A stretch of 32,000 nucleotides of DNA from Anabaena sp. UHCC 0187 (GTDB taxonomy: Bacteria > Cyanobacteriota > Cyanobacteriia > Cyanobacteriales > Nostocaceae), in the NCBI RefSeq assembly GCF_009712035.1, contig NZ_VILB01000006.1, forward strand, positions 114,519-146,518, given 5' to 3'. Shown here piece by piece: positions 1 through 8,467 of this stretch (within the stretch, counting starts at the first letter, position 1; each line of letters begins with the position of its first letter). Below the pieces are notes generated by a model. That model ran no database searches and was not told the DNA's origin. It saw only the letters and a list, made by a program, of their open reading frames with translations. The translations under genes were made by a program, and so were the position numbers.

Positions 1-1
1 C

Positions 2-514
2 TTAACCATAGCGGTTAATTTATCAGCAATTGAATTTAATCAATCAGATTTAATTCCCAAAATTATTCACTTGATATCTAACAATAACATTCAATCAAAT
101 TTTCTGGAGATTGAACTAACAGAAAGAATGATTATGGAAGATGTGGATGTGGCAATAGTTGCCATGAATAAACTGCGCTCTCTAGGGGTAAAAATTGCTA
201 TTGATGATTTTGGAGTTAGTAATAATTCATTGATGACTCTCAAACAATTACCAATGGATACGCTCAAAATTGACCGTGATTTTATCCAAAATATTAATGA
301 TGATTACCGCAAAGCAGCAATTACAAAAAACTTAATTCGTTTAGGACATGATCTAAATCTAAAAATTATTGCTGAAGGGGTAGAAACTGAATCAGAACTA
401 GCATTTTTACGGGAAAATAAATGCGATGCTATCCAAGGCTTTATCTGTAGTCCAGCATTACCCGCTTTAGAATTTCAAAAGCTGTTATTAACTAATAAAT
501 CTTTGTCTATTTAG
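2..514 (+). CDS. EAL-domain c-di-GMP phosphodiesterase, C-terminal part (5' end lies outside the window)
   Basis: The frame is open from base 2. The translation LTIAVNLSAIEF...LEIELTE...KIAIDDFG...LKIDRDFI...EGVETESELAFL...IQGF carries the EAL-domain motifs in order. The TTG at 71 in the ORF track is only the first in-window start. Confidence 0.85.
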   Translation, partial: LTIAVNLSAIEFNQSDLIPKIIHLISNNNIQSNFLEIELTERMIMEDVDVAIVAMNKLRSLGVKIAIDDFGVSNNSLMTLKQLPMDTLKIDRDFIQNINDDYRKAAITKNLIRLGHDLNLKIIAEGVETESELAFLRENKCDAIQGFICSPALPALEFQKLLLTNKSLSI

Positions 515-517
515 GGG

Positions 518-575
518 AATAGGTAATAGGTAATAGGGCAGAAGAATCTAAAATCCAAAATCCAAAATCTAAAAT
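518..575. repeat. Tandem heptamer arrays (STRR-like): AATAGGT x3 then C[TC]AAAAT x4
   Basis: Read directly: aataggtaataggtaataggg ... ctaaaatccaaaatccaaaatctaaaat. Confidence 0.85.
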
Positions 576-578
576 TGT

Positions 579-1001
579 ATGAATCAAAATGAAATTGATA
601 TCTTATCAAATCCGAGTATAAATTCCTCACACCCAGGCGATAGCGTTCGCGTCTCGAAAGAGATAGTGCGACCTAGTAATCGCTATTGGGGCTATGTAGA
701 AGTTATTGAAGAAGGGGAAAATTATCGCATCAGTCGGGTAGAAATTAAGCCTAGACACGGCATTAAAGCCCAAATCCATTATCATCGTCATGAACATTGG
801 GTAGTGGTTTCTGGGGTGGCTAAGGTAACTTGTGGTGATCAAGAAATATTACTCAATCACAATCAATCCACCTATGTACCAGCAGCCACACTGCACAAAG
901 TAGAAAACCCCGGTTCAATCCCTTTAATCATTTTAGAAATCCAAAATGGCGAGTATTTAGGTGAGGATGATATAGAACGTCCAGTAGAGGAAAATGCTTA
1001 A
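579..1001 (+). CDS. Cupin-domain protein (like the C-terminal cupin of type II mannose-6-phosphate isomerase)
   Basis: RYWGYVEVIEEGENYRISRVEIKP...QIHYHRHEHWVVVSGVAKV...STYVPAATLHKVENPG...LEIQNGEYLGEDDIER matches the cupin_2 / ManC C-terminal pattern. The stop lies 2 nt before the next ATG. Confidence 0.8.
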   Translation: MNQNEIDILSNPSINSSHPGDSVRVSKEIVRPSNRYWGYVEVIEEGENYRISRVEIKPRHGIKAQIHYHRHEHWVVVSGVAKVTCGDQEILLNHNQSTYVPAATLHKVENPGSIPLIILEIQNGEYLGEDDIERPVEENA

Positions 1002-1003
1002 AA

Positions 1004-4000
1004 ATGACTTATCCCTCCGTCAACTGGTTCGCTAAAATATTCACCAACGTACCACTAAGAACCTTGTTGATAGTGCCGTTTGTTTTGCAAACTGTGGGAA
1101 TGGTGACACTGGTGGGCTATTTTTCTTACCGTAGCGGACAGCAGGCTGTGGATAAGCTGGCAGATCAATTAATGACAGAAGTAGGCGATCGCATTGAGCA
1201 ACATTTACATACTTATTTAGGCAAAGCCCAGCAAATCAATAGTACCAATGTAGATGCCTTTGAATCGGGCATCTTAGACTTAAATGATTTTAACGCTCTG
1301 GGTAAATATTTTTATCGTCAGGTGCGATCTTTCAATTTTGCTTATGTTAATTTTGGTAGTAAAGAGGGAGGATTTATTGGTGCGGGTTATGGGCTGGGTA
1401 ATAGGTTGGAAATTGGAGAAATTCTCATATCTCATCTCAGCCAATTCCACTTCTACTCAGTAGATAAGGAGGGTAATCGTCTCTCTTTAGTAGATACGCT
1501 GCAAAACCCGCTATATTCTAATTTTGCCTGGTACTCAGATGCAGTCAAAGCTAGTAAGCCGATCTGGAGTTCCATTTACACTTGGGGCGGTTTACCTAAT
1601 CGCATCAGCATTTCTGCCAGCACTCCAGTCTATGACAAGCAGAAACAGTTCATGGGAGTTCTCGGTATTGATCTCGAACTCTCGCAAATTAGTCAATTCC
1701 TAAAAAAACTGCATTATGGAAAATCACGTCACATTTTCATCATCGAACCATCAGGATTGATTGTTGCCAGTTCTGAAGATGAATCTCCTGCTCCCATTGT
1801 CAATGGCAAAGCGACACGATTACAAGCCTTGCATAGCCGTGAACCCGTAATCCGTGACATAACTCAGGATTTAATCCGGCGGTTTGGTAGTTTACAAGCT
1901 ATCTCTAAACCCCAACTTTTGCGCCCGTCTTTGCCAGACAAACCCTTTGTGAGAGTTACACCCTACCGCGACGATTACGGCTTAGATTGGCTCGTAGTCA
2001 CGGTAGTTCCCGAATCGGAATTTATGGCAGAAATTAATGCCAATGCTCAAATAACCCTGCTACTTTGTGGCTTAACCCTAATAATTGCCATTGGCACGGG
2101 TAGTTTGACTGGATACTGGATTACTAAACCAATTTTACGCTTGAGTCGAGTTAGTCAAGCTATGGCTAGGGGAGAGTGGCAAGAGTCTTTATCTGAGAAT
2201 ATAGCCATAGCAGAACTCAAGGTTTTAGCAACATCCTTTAACCAGATGTCTGCTCAAATCAAAAAAGCCTTTCAGGAATCAGAAACTAAATTTTCGACTA
2301 TTTTTCATACTACTCCTGACCCTGTTTGGATTGCCACCTTAGGGGAAGGAAAATTTTTGAATGTCAATGAAAGTTTTTCCCAGTTTTGGGGAAATACCCC
2401 AGAAAATATTGTTGGCAAAACCTGTGTGCAATTGGGATTGTGGAACAATATCGACGATTTACACCACCTGAAAAAGACGCTAGTTAATGAAGGAAGTATC
2501 CTCAATTTTAAAGTGGTAATTCGGACTCACTCCCAGCAAACTAAAACCGTTCTCATGTCAGCTAGGTTACAATTCTTGGGTGAAGAAGATTGTCTGATTG
2601 GTGTCATGAAAGATGTTAGTAATCTCTACGAAGAACTGAAGTTACGCAAACAAGCAGAAGATCAATTGCGAGAGAGTCAGCATTTTATTGAACAGATTAC
2701 AGAACTAACGCCAAACCTACTGTATATTTACGACCATACTGAACAAAGAAATGTTTATATTAATCGTTCTGTTGGCGAAATATTGGGCTATTCTGCCACA
2801 GCGATTCAAGAAATGGGAGCTAACTTGTTTCCGATTATTTGTCATCCCGATGATCTCCCTCTGATTTATGAGTCTATGCAAAAGCTTTATAGTCTGCAAG
2901 ATCGTGAGTTCGTGGAGGTAGAGTACCGAGTTAAAAATGCCCAAGGGAACTGGTGTTGGCTTTATAGTCGAGATATGGTGTTTTCTAGAACTGCGGATGG
3001 TAGGCTAAAGCAAAGTTTGGGAACGTCCCAGGATATCAGTAAGCGAAAACAAGCAGAGTTAGAACTCAGGAAAAGTCGAGATTTTAGAGAAGCTATCTAT
3101 AACGAATCTACCGATGCCATTTTTTTGGTTGATGTTCCTAATCCGTTGATTATTGATTGCAATAGCCGTTCTGTGGAGATGTTTGAAGTTACCAGCAAGG
3201 AGGAACTGATTGGTACTGAAGGGCAAAATTTACAAAAACACCGCTTTACCGATGATGACATGATCATGATTGTTGATGATATAGCTAAGTTAGGATTTTG
3301 GAGTCGAGAAATCGAATATGTGACTAAAAAAGGGAGGAATTTTTGGGGGAATCTCGCAGTAAAACGCATTAATATCGCTGGTAAAACTATTGATTTGGTG
3401 CGAGTTACAGATATCAGTAAACGCAAGAAAGCCGAATTAGCCTTACTCAAAAGCGAAAAGCGGTTTCAAGAGATTTCTGCATCTTCTCCAGGAGTCATTT
3501 ATATTACTATTAGGCGTTTGGACGGCTCTTGGGGTTATGAATATATGAGTCGTGCCTTTGAGGATATTCATGAAGTAACTGTTGCTCAGATACTAGAAAA
3601 TCCCAATCTCTGCTTTGAGCAGTTTCATCCTGATGATTGCGCTGGCTATGAAGCAGCAGTAGCTCACAGCCTGGAAAATATGTCTCCTTTTAACTATGAG
3701 TGGCGCATTATCACTCCTTCAGGAAAACTCAAGTGGATAAAAGCCAGGTCTAGACCAGAACGGCGAGAAAATGGAGATATTGCTTATTATGGTGTTGTCT
3801 TAGATGTGAGCGATCGCAAACAAGCAGAATTAGCCTTGCAAGCCGCAGAATATAACCTCAGAATCGCCAATCAGGAACTGGAAAAACTGGTCAATATTGA
3901 TGGGTTAACGCAAATTGCCAATCGTCGCTGTTTTGACAATCGTTTAGAGCAAGAATGGCAGCGACTATACCGGGAACAGCAACCTTTATCTTTACTGTTG

Positions 4001-4396
4001 TTCGATGTTGATTATTTTAAACGCTATAACGATTCCTATGGTCATCAAATGGGGGATGAGTGCTTGATCAAAATTGCTCAGGCTGTAGAGCAGGTGGTAT
4101 GTCGTCCCGCAGATTTAGTGGCTCGCTATGGTGGGGAAGAATTTGTAGTGGTTTTACCTAATACTCATATTACAGGGGCGATGGCGATCGCTCAACGAAT
4201 TCATGGGGCAATTAAAGATTTAGCCATTCCTCACCAAGCCTCGGAAGTAAGTAATACAGTTACTATTAGTATCGGCGTTAGCAGTTTGATACCTAGTTCC
4301 GAATTATCAGCAACTAACATAATTGAACAAGCTGATCAAGCACTTTACCGCGCTAAACAACAAGGACGCAATCAGTCTACAATCTTTTCTCAATAA
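1004..4396 (+). CDS. Membrane sensor diguanylate cyclase (periplasmic Cache-like domain, HAMP, about four PAS/PAC units, GGDEF)
   Basis: 1130 aa. Two TM segments flank an extracytoplasmic domain. SKRKQAELEL-type PAS linkers recur. The C-terminus reads DGLTQIANRRCFD...LLLFDVDYFKRYNDSYGHQMGD...RYGGEEFVV. Confidence 0.9.
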   Translation: MTYPSVNWFAKIFTNVPLRTLLIVPFVLQTVGMVTLVGYFSYRSGQQAVDKLADQLMTEVGDRIEQHLHTYLGKAQQINSTNVDAFESGILDLNDFNALGKYFYRQVRSFNFAYVNFGSKEGGFIGAGYGLGNRLEIGEILISHLSQFHFYSVDKEGNRLSLVDTLQNPLYSNFAWYSDAVKASKPIWSSIYTWGGLPNRISISASTPVYDKQKQFMGVLGIDLELSQISQFLKKLHYGKSRHIFIIEPSGLIVASSEDESPAPIVNGKATRLQALHSREPVIRDITQDLIRRFGSLQAISKPQLLRPSLPDKPFVRVTPYRDDYGLDWLVVTVVPESEFMAEINANAQITLLLCGLTLIIAIGTGSLTGYWITKPILRLSRVSQAMARGEWQESLSENIAIAELKVLATSFNQMSAQIKKAFQESETKFSTIFHTTPDPVWIATLGEGKFLNVNESFSQFWGNTPENIVGKTCVQLGLWNNIDDLHHLKKTLVNEGSILNFKVVIRTHSQQTKTVLMSARLQFLGEEDCLIGVMKDVSNLYEELKLRKQAEDQLRESQHFIEQITELTPNLLYIYDHTEQRNVYINRSVGEILGYSATAIQEMGANLFPIICHPDDLPLIYESMQKLYSLQDREFVEVEYRVKNAQGNWCWLYSRDMVFSRTADGRLKQSLGTSQDISKRKQAELELRKSRDFREAIYNESTDAIFLVDVPNPLIIDCNSRSVEMFEVTSKEELIGTEGQNLQKHRFTDDDMIMIVDDIAKLGFWSREIEYVTKKGRNFWGNLAVKRINIAGKTIDLVRVTDISKRKKAELALLKSEKRFQEISASSPGVIYITIRRLDGSWGYEYMSRAFEDIHEVTVAQILENPNLCFEQFHPDDCAGYEAAVAHSLENMSPFNYEWRIITPSGKLKWIKARSRPERRENGDIAYYGVVLDVSDRKQAELALQAAEYNLRIANQELEKLVNIDGLTQIANRRCFDNRLEQEWQRLYREQQPLSLLLFDVDYFKRYNDSYGHQMGDECLIKIAQAVEQVVCRPADLVARYGGEEFVVVLPNTHITGAMAIAQRIHGAIKDLAIPHQASEVSNTVTISIGVSSLIPSSELSATNIIEQADQALYRAKQQGRNQSTIFSQ

Positions 4397-4406
4397 TATC
4401 AAATTC

Positions 4407-4429
4407 GGGCAACCACGGGGGGTTTGCCC
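4407..4429. terminator. GC-rich stem-loop between convergent genes (possible bidirectional terminator)
   Basis: GGGCAA (4407-4412) pairs with TTGCCC (4424-4429). It sits in the 45 nt gap between the stop at 4396 (+) and the stop at 4442 (-). The flanking U-tracts are weak. Confidence 0.4.
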
Positions 4430-4441
4430 CTACAAATTCTT

Positions 4442-5200
4442 CTAAAACCATCCTTCTTGTTCGAGGGTTTCGATTAATTGCAAACCGCGAGGATCTCCTA
4501 CTCCTAGAAGTGAGGCTTTGGTGTCTGCTCTGACTCCTAAATCTTTATCTTCGGCAAAAGCTTGAATTAATGCGTCTATGGCTGTAGCATAGACAACATT
4601 AGATGGGAGTTCTTTACAAAGTTGGCCGATTGTCCAAGCGGAGTTACTTCGCACAGCGGCGATGGGGTCTGTAACTAAGGCTTCAATCAGGGCGGGAATT
4701 GCGCCGACGATGGCTTCATAACCTACTTCTGTCATCTGTGCTAGGGCGCTGGCTGCCCAGAGACGCACGGCGGGAATATCGGTTCTCAGGGCATTGGTGA
4801 GGGGTGCTAAGGAACGGCGATCGCGGCAGTTACCCAAAGCCCAAACTACACCTTTACGAACATAACCATTAAAATCGCGGTTAAGTTGCATAATTAACGG
4901 TTCTACGGCTTCCTTGGCGGGATTGCGACCAATACCGTAAGCTGCACTGACTCGCACTAGGGGACAATTATCTGTTAATAGATGAATAAGATGAGGTGTT
5001 GCTCGTTCATCTTGAATATCACAAAAAGCACGCGCTGCTAACATCCGCTGCTGGGACTGGGGATTTGTTAAAAGTACCAACATTAATTCGGGATCAGGTT
5101 TTTCCACTTCTGATTCATCAGTAAGTGGTTCTATTTTATCTAAGGGGCTTTCTAGCTCCGCTTCGGTATCGAGTAGGCTGAGTTCGTATTCGTCGTACAT
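4442..5200 (-). CDS. HEAT-repeat (PBS-lyase HEAT-like) protein
   Basis: 252 aa with repeated L..D....VR..AA.ALG units (VRVSAAYGIG, VRKGVVWALG, VRLWAASALA, VRSNSAWTIG) and an acidic N-terminus. Confidence 0.8.
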   Translation of the reverse strand: MYDEYELSLLDTEAELESPLDKIEPLTDESEVEKPDPELMLVLLTNPQSQQRMLAARAFCDIQDERATPHLIHLLTDNCPLVRVSAAYGIGRNPAKEAVEPLIMQLNRDFNGYVRKGVVWALGNCRDRRSLAPLTNALRTDIPAVRLWAASALAQMTEVGYEAIVGAIPALIEALVTDPIAAVRSNSAWTIGQLCKELPSNVVYATAIDALIQAFAEDKDLGVRADTKASLLGVGDPRGLQLIETLEQEGWF

Positions 5201-5245
5201 AATTATTCCACTGTAACCCCTATTGACACTCCCCGGTCTAAAATT

Positions 5246-5317
5246 AATTGGTAATTGGTAATTGGTAATTGGTGAATAGAAATAACTCTTACTCCTCTTG
5301 TCTCTTGCCTCTTGCCT
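5246..5317. repeat. Tandem heptamer arrays: AATTGGT x4 and CCTCTTG-type x3
   Basis: Read directly: aattggtaattggtaattggtaattggt ... cctcttgtctcttgcctcttgcct. Confidence 0.85.
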
Positions 5318-5326
5318 ATTCCCTAA

Positions 5327-5812
5327 CTAAAGTGATTTTACCATCCAGAGGGATTGTTCTTGATAACCAAGTTGATGATAAAGATTTAATGCGGGTGTGT
5401 TGGATAGAAATACTTGTAGTCCGATTTGGCGATATCCTTTTTGTGTAGCCCAATCTTCTATATAAGCCATCAATCCTTTACCAATGCCTCTGTGGCGATA
5501 TTCTGGGATCACGTAGAGGAGAAAAATATGCGGATGGCGATCGCCACTGACCTGATCTATAGCATTCCCAACCCAAAGACAAGCTATGGGGGAAAATGTC
5601 TCTCCCCTGCCCCCAGCCCCCTCCTCCCTTGCCTCTTCATCTACCCACCATAAAGGGGTATCACGACAGAAGTATTGCTCAACTGTATGTGCCAAGTGGG
5701 AAAAATCTTGACGGGGGAATTGTTCTTGGTAAGTCCGCTGCATGAACTTAACCAAGAGGGCTTTATCTAGAGTAGAACCTTTGCGAATAGAATAGCCTGG
5801 AAGTAAATTCAA
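5327..5812 (-). CDS. GNAT family N-acetyltransferase
   Basis: 161 aa. The acetyl-CoA binding motif is YVIPEYRHRGIGKGLM, and the tail is ALNLYHQLGY. The ORF uses a TTG start; no upstream ATG exists in this frame before a TGA at 5816-5818. Confidence 0.75.
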   Translation of the reverse strand: MNLLPGYSIRKGSTLDKALLVKFMQRTYQEQFPRQDFSHLAHTVEQYFCRDTPLWWVDEEAREEGAGGRGETFSPIACLWVGNAIDQVSGDRHPHIFLLYVIPEYRHRGIGKGLMAYIEDWATQKGYRQIGLQVFLSNTPALNLYHQLGYQEQSLWMVKSL

Positions 5813-5815
5813 AAT

Positions 5816-5983
5816 TCAAAATTTCAGATGTGATGAAATCATTTGCCAATCAATTATCATGCCAATAGGAGCGGGGGCTGCCATGTCCGATGGTAAAAAA
5901 ATGCGGGCGCTGACTGCTACTAAGGCAAAGGTAAAGATCAGGATTGCCAAGAAAGGAGCGATATATTGACGCAAAATAGCCAT
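5816..5983 (-). CDS. Small hydrophobic protein (55 aa), absent from the ORF track because it is under 60 aa
   Basis: My own translation from ATG at 5983-5981 is MAILRQYIAPFLAILIFTFALVAVSARIFLPSDMAAPAPIGMIIDWQMISSHLKF, with a TGA stop at 5818-5816. It has one clear TM helix. Coding status is unproven. Confidence 0.35.
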   Translation of the reverse strand: MAILRQYIAPFLAILIFTFALVAVSARIFLPSDMAAPAPIGMIIDWQMISSHLKF

Positions 5984-6053
5984 GTTGTCTGTTGTAAATA
6001 AATAGCGACTGGATTGATTTTAGCAATTATTCGGGTTTGGCAAAGCCTTGATC

Positions 6054-6455
6054 TTATTGCTGATCCCGATCTAATTCATCTAAGACTCTTTCACAGTACC
6101 AATTTTCTGGCATTCCTGGGAAGTTTTGTTTGGCTTGCTCAATCAGTCTTTCAGCAGCCGCAACGTCTCCAGATAATCTAGCGATTAGGCGATTTTTGAG
6201 GTAGTTGCTAGTAACTTCTTCGTCCACTTGGTTGGGGATGCTGGGATTGACTGATTGGAGGGGTTCGCGTCGCAGTTGCCAAAATAAGACGTAATAAAGT
6301 GTACCAAAAATTAGAATCAGGCTGATTGTTCCCAGGAGTGTGAGGAAATTAAAAGCCAGATTTTGGAGAACTAATTGTGAGAGGACATAGCCCAGTAATA
6401 GACCTGTAACTATTAGAACAAATGTACCGACAAGAATAACTACTTGTGTTCCCAT
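6054..6455 (-). CDS. Two-TM membrane protein with a soluble C-terminal helical domain (hypothetical)
   Basis: 133 aa. The ATG overlaps the ampG-like stop by 16 nt. Two hydrophobic helices are followed by LSGDVAAAERLIEQAKQNFPGMPENWYCERVLDELDRD. Confidence 0.6.
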   Translation of the reverse strand: MGTQVVILVGTFVLIVTGLLLGYVLSQLVLQNLAFNFLTLLGTISLILIFGTLYYVLFWQLRREPLQSVNPSIPNQVDEEVTSNYLKNRLIARLSGDVAAAERLIEQAKQNFPGMPENWYCERVLDELDRDQQ

Positions 6456-7972
6456 ATATCTTCTTCTTCTAGTCCTGGTCTAGTTGCTGCCAATACTTTG
6501 GGATTCCAAGGGGCAACAATAGGTAATAGTAGCAAACCAGGTAACGCCGCTACAAGAGAAAGTAAGAAAAATGTCGGCCAACCTGTGGCTTTTGCCCAAC
6601 TTCCTGCGGGTGCGGAAAGTACGTCTCGACTAATGGCCATGAGGCTGGAGAATAAAGCAAATTGAGTGGTTGTGAATCGGTGGTTACAGAGACGCATTAA
6701 AAAGGCAACTGTAGCAACTGTTACTAATCCAGCAGAGAAGTTTTCAATATTTACTGCTATGACTAATAGAGAATAATCTTTTTTATTAGCCATCGCTAGG
6801 GCATAATAACCTAAGTTACTCAATAATTGCAGCGCCCCAAATACCCACAAACTGCGATTTAAGTTGATTTTGGTCATGATCACACCCCCAGCTAATACGC
6901 CGACGGTGGTGGCAAGAAATCCCATTCCTGCTTGAATTGCGCCGATTTCGGTTTTAGTAAAGTCTATTTCTCTCAGAAATAAGTTAGCTGTAATGCCGAC
7001 GAGGGAATCACCTAGTTTATAAAGTAATATAAAACCTAGTGTTAAACTCGCTTGTTTGATACCAAAGCGGTGAAAAAATTCTTTAAAAGGTAGGAAAATA
7101 GCTGTTTGTAGGTTTTCAGGTGGACTATCTTCGCTAACTTCATTTAGTAGGGAGTTTGGTAATAATACGGATGCAGTTATCCAAGCCACTAATAATCCTG
7201 CTAATAACCAATAAAATACAGGTTGGGGAATGAATCCGACAAAAACCCCAGCTATTAACCCTGCCACTAGTAAGGTAATCAGGACTATAAAAATCACGTC
7301 TTTGGCAGAAATGGGTGCTAATTGTGTTTTGTCTTGTAGTTTGTGTTCTGCGGGCGACCATAAGGTAGTAAATATACTTCCTGCCATAATTACTGCCATG
7401 AGCAAATATACTACATTCCAAGGTAGATAATCTGCTAACACTAAGGCCAGGGAACTGGTAATAAATAAGGCGATGCGATAGCCTAATACCCACACAGATG
7501 CCCCTGGTTGCGCCTCTAGGGGGTTTAAAATGTCGGTACGGTAGGCATCACCAGCGATGTCCTGGGTGGCACTGAGGAAGGTAATAATCAGGCAATTGAT
7601 GGCGAGGATTTGTAATACTTGTTCGTTTTGGGCTGGTTGTTGAAGGGCAAGGGCAGCGATCGCTAATACTAAACCAATTTGAGTAATAATTAACCAACCT
7701 CTTCTGCCACCTAATAATGGTGGTGTAAATCTATCTAATAGAGGCGACCACAGGAATTTTAAGGAATAAGGTAAACTTAATAAACCAAATAAGGTGATTT
7801 TGGCAATATCAACTTTGGCATCTTGCATCCATAGTTGTAGGGTTCTACTGGTCAGAAATAGTGGTAAACCTGATGCAAAACCTAGTAATAATAAAGCACC
7901 CATTTTCTGGCTTTGGAAGGCCTGTCGGAGTGCTTGAATTTCTTTCATAAGATTATCTTGCCATGCTGGCAC
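6440..7972 (-). CDS. ampG: AmpG-family MFS permease (muropeptide transporter-like)
   Basis: About 500 aa and polytopic. The N-terminal LLGFASGLPLFLT...LQLWM and the RRGWLIITQ loop are typical of AmpG/MFS. The start is ambiguous: GTG at 7972 (track) or ATG at 7948. Confidence 0.75.
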   Translation of the reverse strand: MPAWQDNLMKEIQALRQAFQSQKMGALLLLGFASGLPLFLTSRTLQLWMQDAKVDIAKITLFGLLSLPYSLKFLWSPLLDRFTPPLLGGRRGWLIITQIGLVLAIAALALQQPAQNEQVLQILAINCLIITFLSATQDIAGDAYRTDILNPLEAQPGASVWVLGYRIALFITSSLALVLADYLPWNVVYLLMAVIMAGSIFTTLWSPAEHKLQDKTQLAPISAKDVIFIVLITLLVAGLIAGVFVGFIPQPVFYWLLAGLLVAWITASVLLPNSLLNEVSEDSPPENLQTAIFLPFKEFFHRFGIKQASLTLGFILLYKLGDSLVGITANLFLREIDFTKTEIGAIQAGMGFLATTVGVLAGGVIMTKINLNRSLWVFGALQLLSNLGYYALAMANKKDYSLLVIAVNIENFSAGLVTVATVAFLMRLCNHRFTTTQFALFSSLMAISRDVLSAPAGSWAKATGWPTFFLLSLVAALPGLLLLPIVAPWNPKVLAATRPGLEEEDIWEHK

Positions 7973-7985
7973 AAGAAGTGCAAAA

Positions 7986-8381
7986 TCAGGATTTTACTTT
8001 GTTTGTGGACTGTTCAATTAGATCTTCAATTTTCTTAATATTCTGATCTCCTGCTAAGTAACCAATCCCCCGATGTAAATGTAAGCGAAATTGCGTAATT
8101 AGGGTTTCTCTATCTGTATCTAAGCCGTCGTTGTAGCAGCGTTGTTTGAGGGCTAAAAGTAAAATATCGGACATTTCTCCCCCAAAAACCCGCCATGTCA
8201 TTTCGACGTTGCTATCTTGGGGAATGGGTACGGGGGAAGGTGCAGCAACTTCTGCGAGGGAACGACAAAACGCCCACCGACATAATATGTTCCATTGTTC
8301 GATTTTGGTGCTGCGTTTGAGTTTGAGGAGTTGTTCTTTGGCTGTTTGAGAGAGTTTGATTCTTTCTATTGGTGATTCCAT
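7986..8381 (-). CDS. dndE: DNA sulfur modification protein DndE
   Basis: MESPIERIKLSQTAKEQLLKLKRSTKIEQWNILCRWAFCRSL is the characteristic DndE N-terminus, and the 131 aa size fits. I trimmed the track ORF (to 8441) because its first 20 codons lie in a dispersed repeat. Confidence 0.85.
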   Translation of the reverse strand: MESPIERIKLSQTAKEQLLKLKRSTKIEQWNILCRWAFCRSLAEVAAPSPVPIPQDSNVEMTWRVFGGEMSDILLLALKQRCYNDGLDTDRETLITQFRLHLHRGIGYLAGDQNIKKIEDLIEQSTNKVKS

Positions 8382-8410
8382 GATTTTGGTGAAAAATATG
8401 AATTGAGTTT

Positions 8411-8450
8411 CGCGCAAAGGCGCTAAGGAGCAAAGACGCAAAGGAAGAAA
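8411..8450. repeat. Dispersed short repeat unit (GCAAAGG-type triplet)
   Basis: cgcgcaaaggcgctaaggagcaaagacgcaaaggaagaaa is the reverse complement of the unit at 16017-16053. Confidence 0.7.
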
Positions 8451-8467
8451 TTAAGAGGAGTTGGAGT

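Noticed and set aside
627-7493. Other short antisense or alternate-frame track ORFs (627-842, 2305-2505, 2717-2944, 3097-3450, 5426-5653, 6444-6665, 7140-7493, 7230-7430)
   Set aside because: Each lies wholly inside a longer ORF with clear domain motifs in another frame or strand, and none has recognisable features of its own.
8382-8441. N-terminal 20-codon extension of the DndE ORF given in the ORF track (start at 8441)
   Set aside because: The extension (MRLCSLAPLRETQFIFFTKI) is encoded by the dispersed repeat unit at 8411-8450. The conserved DndE sequence begins at MESPIERIKLSQ (ATG 8381).
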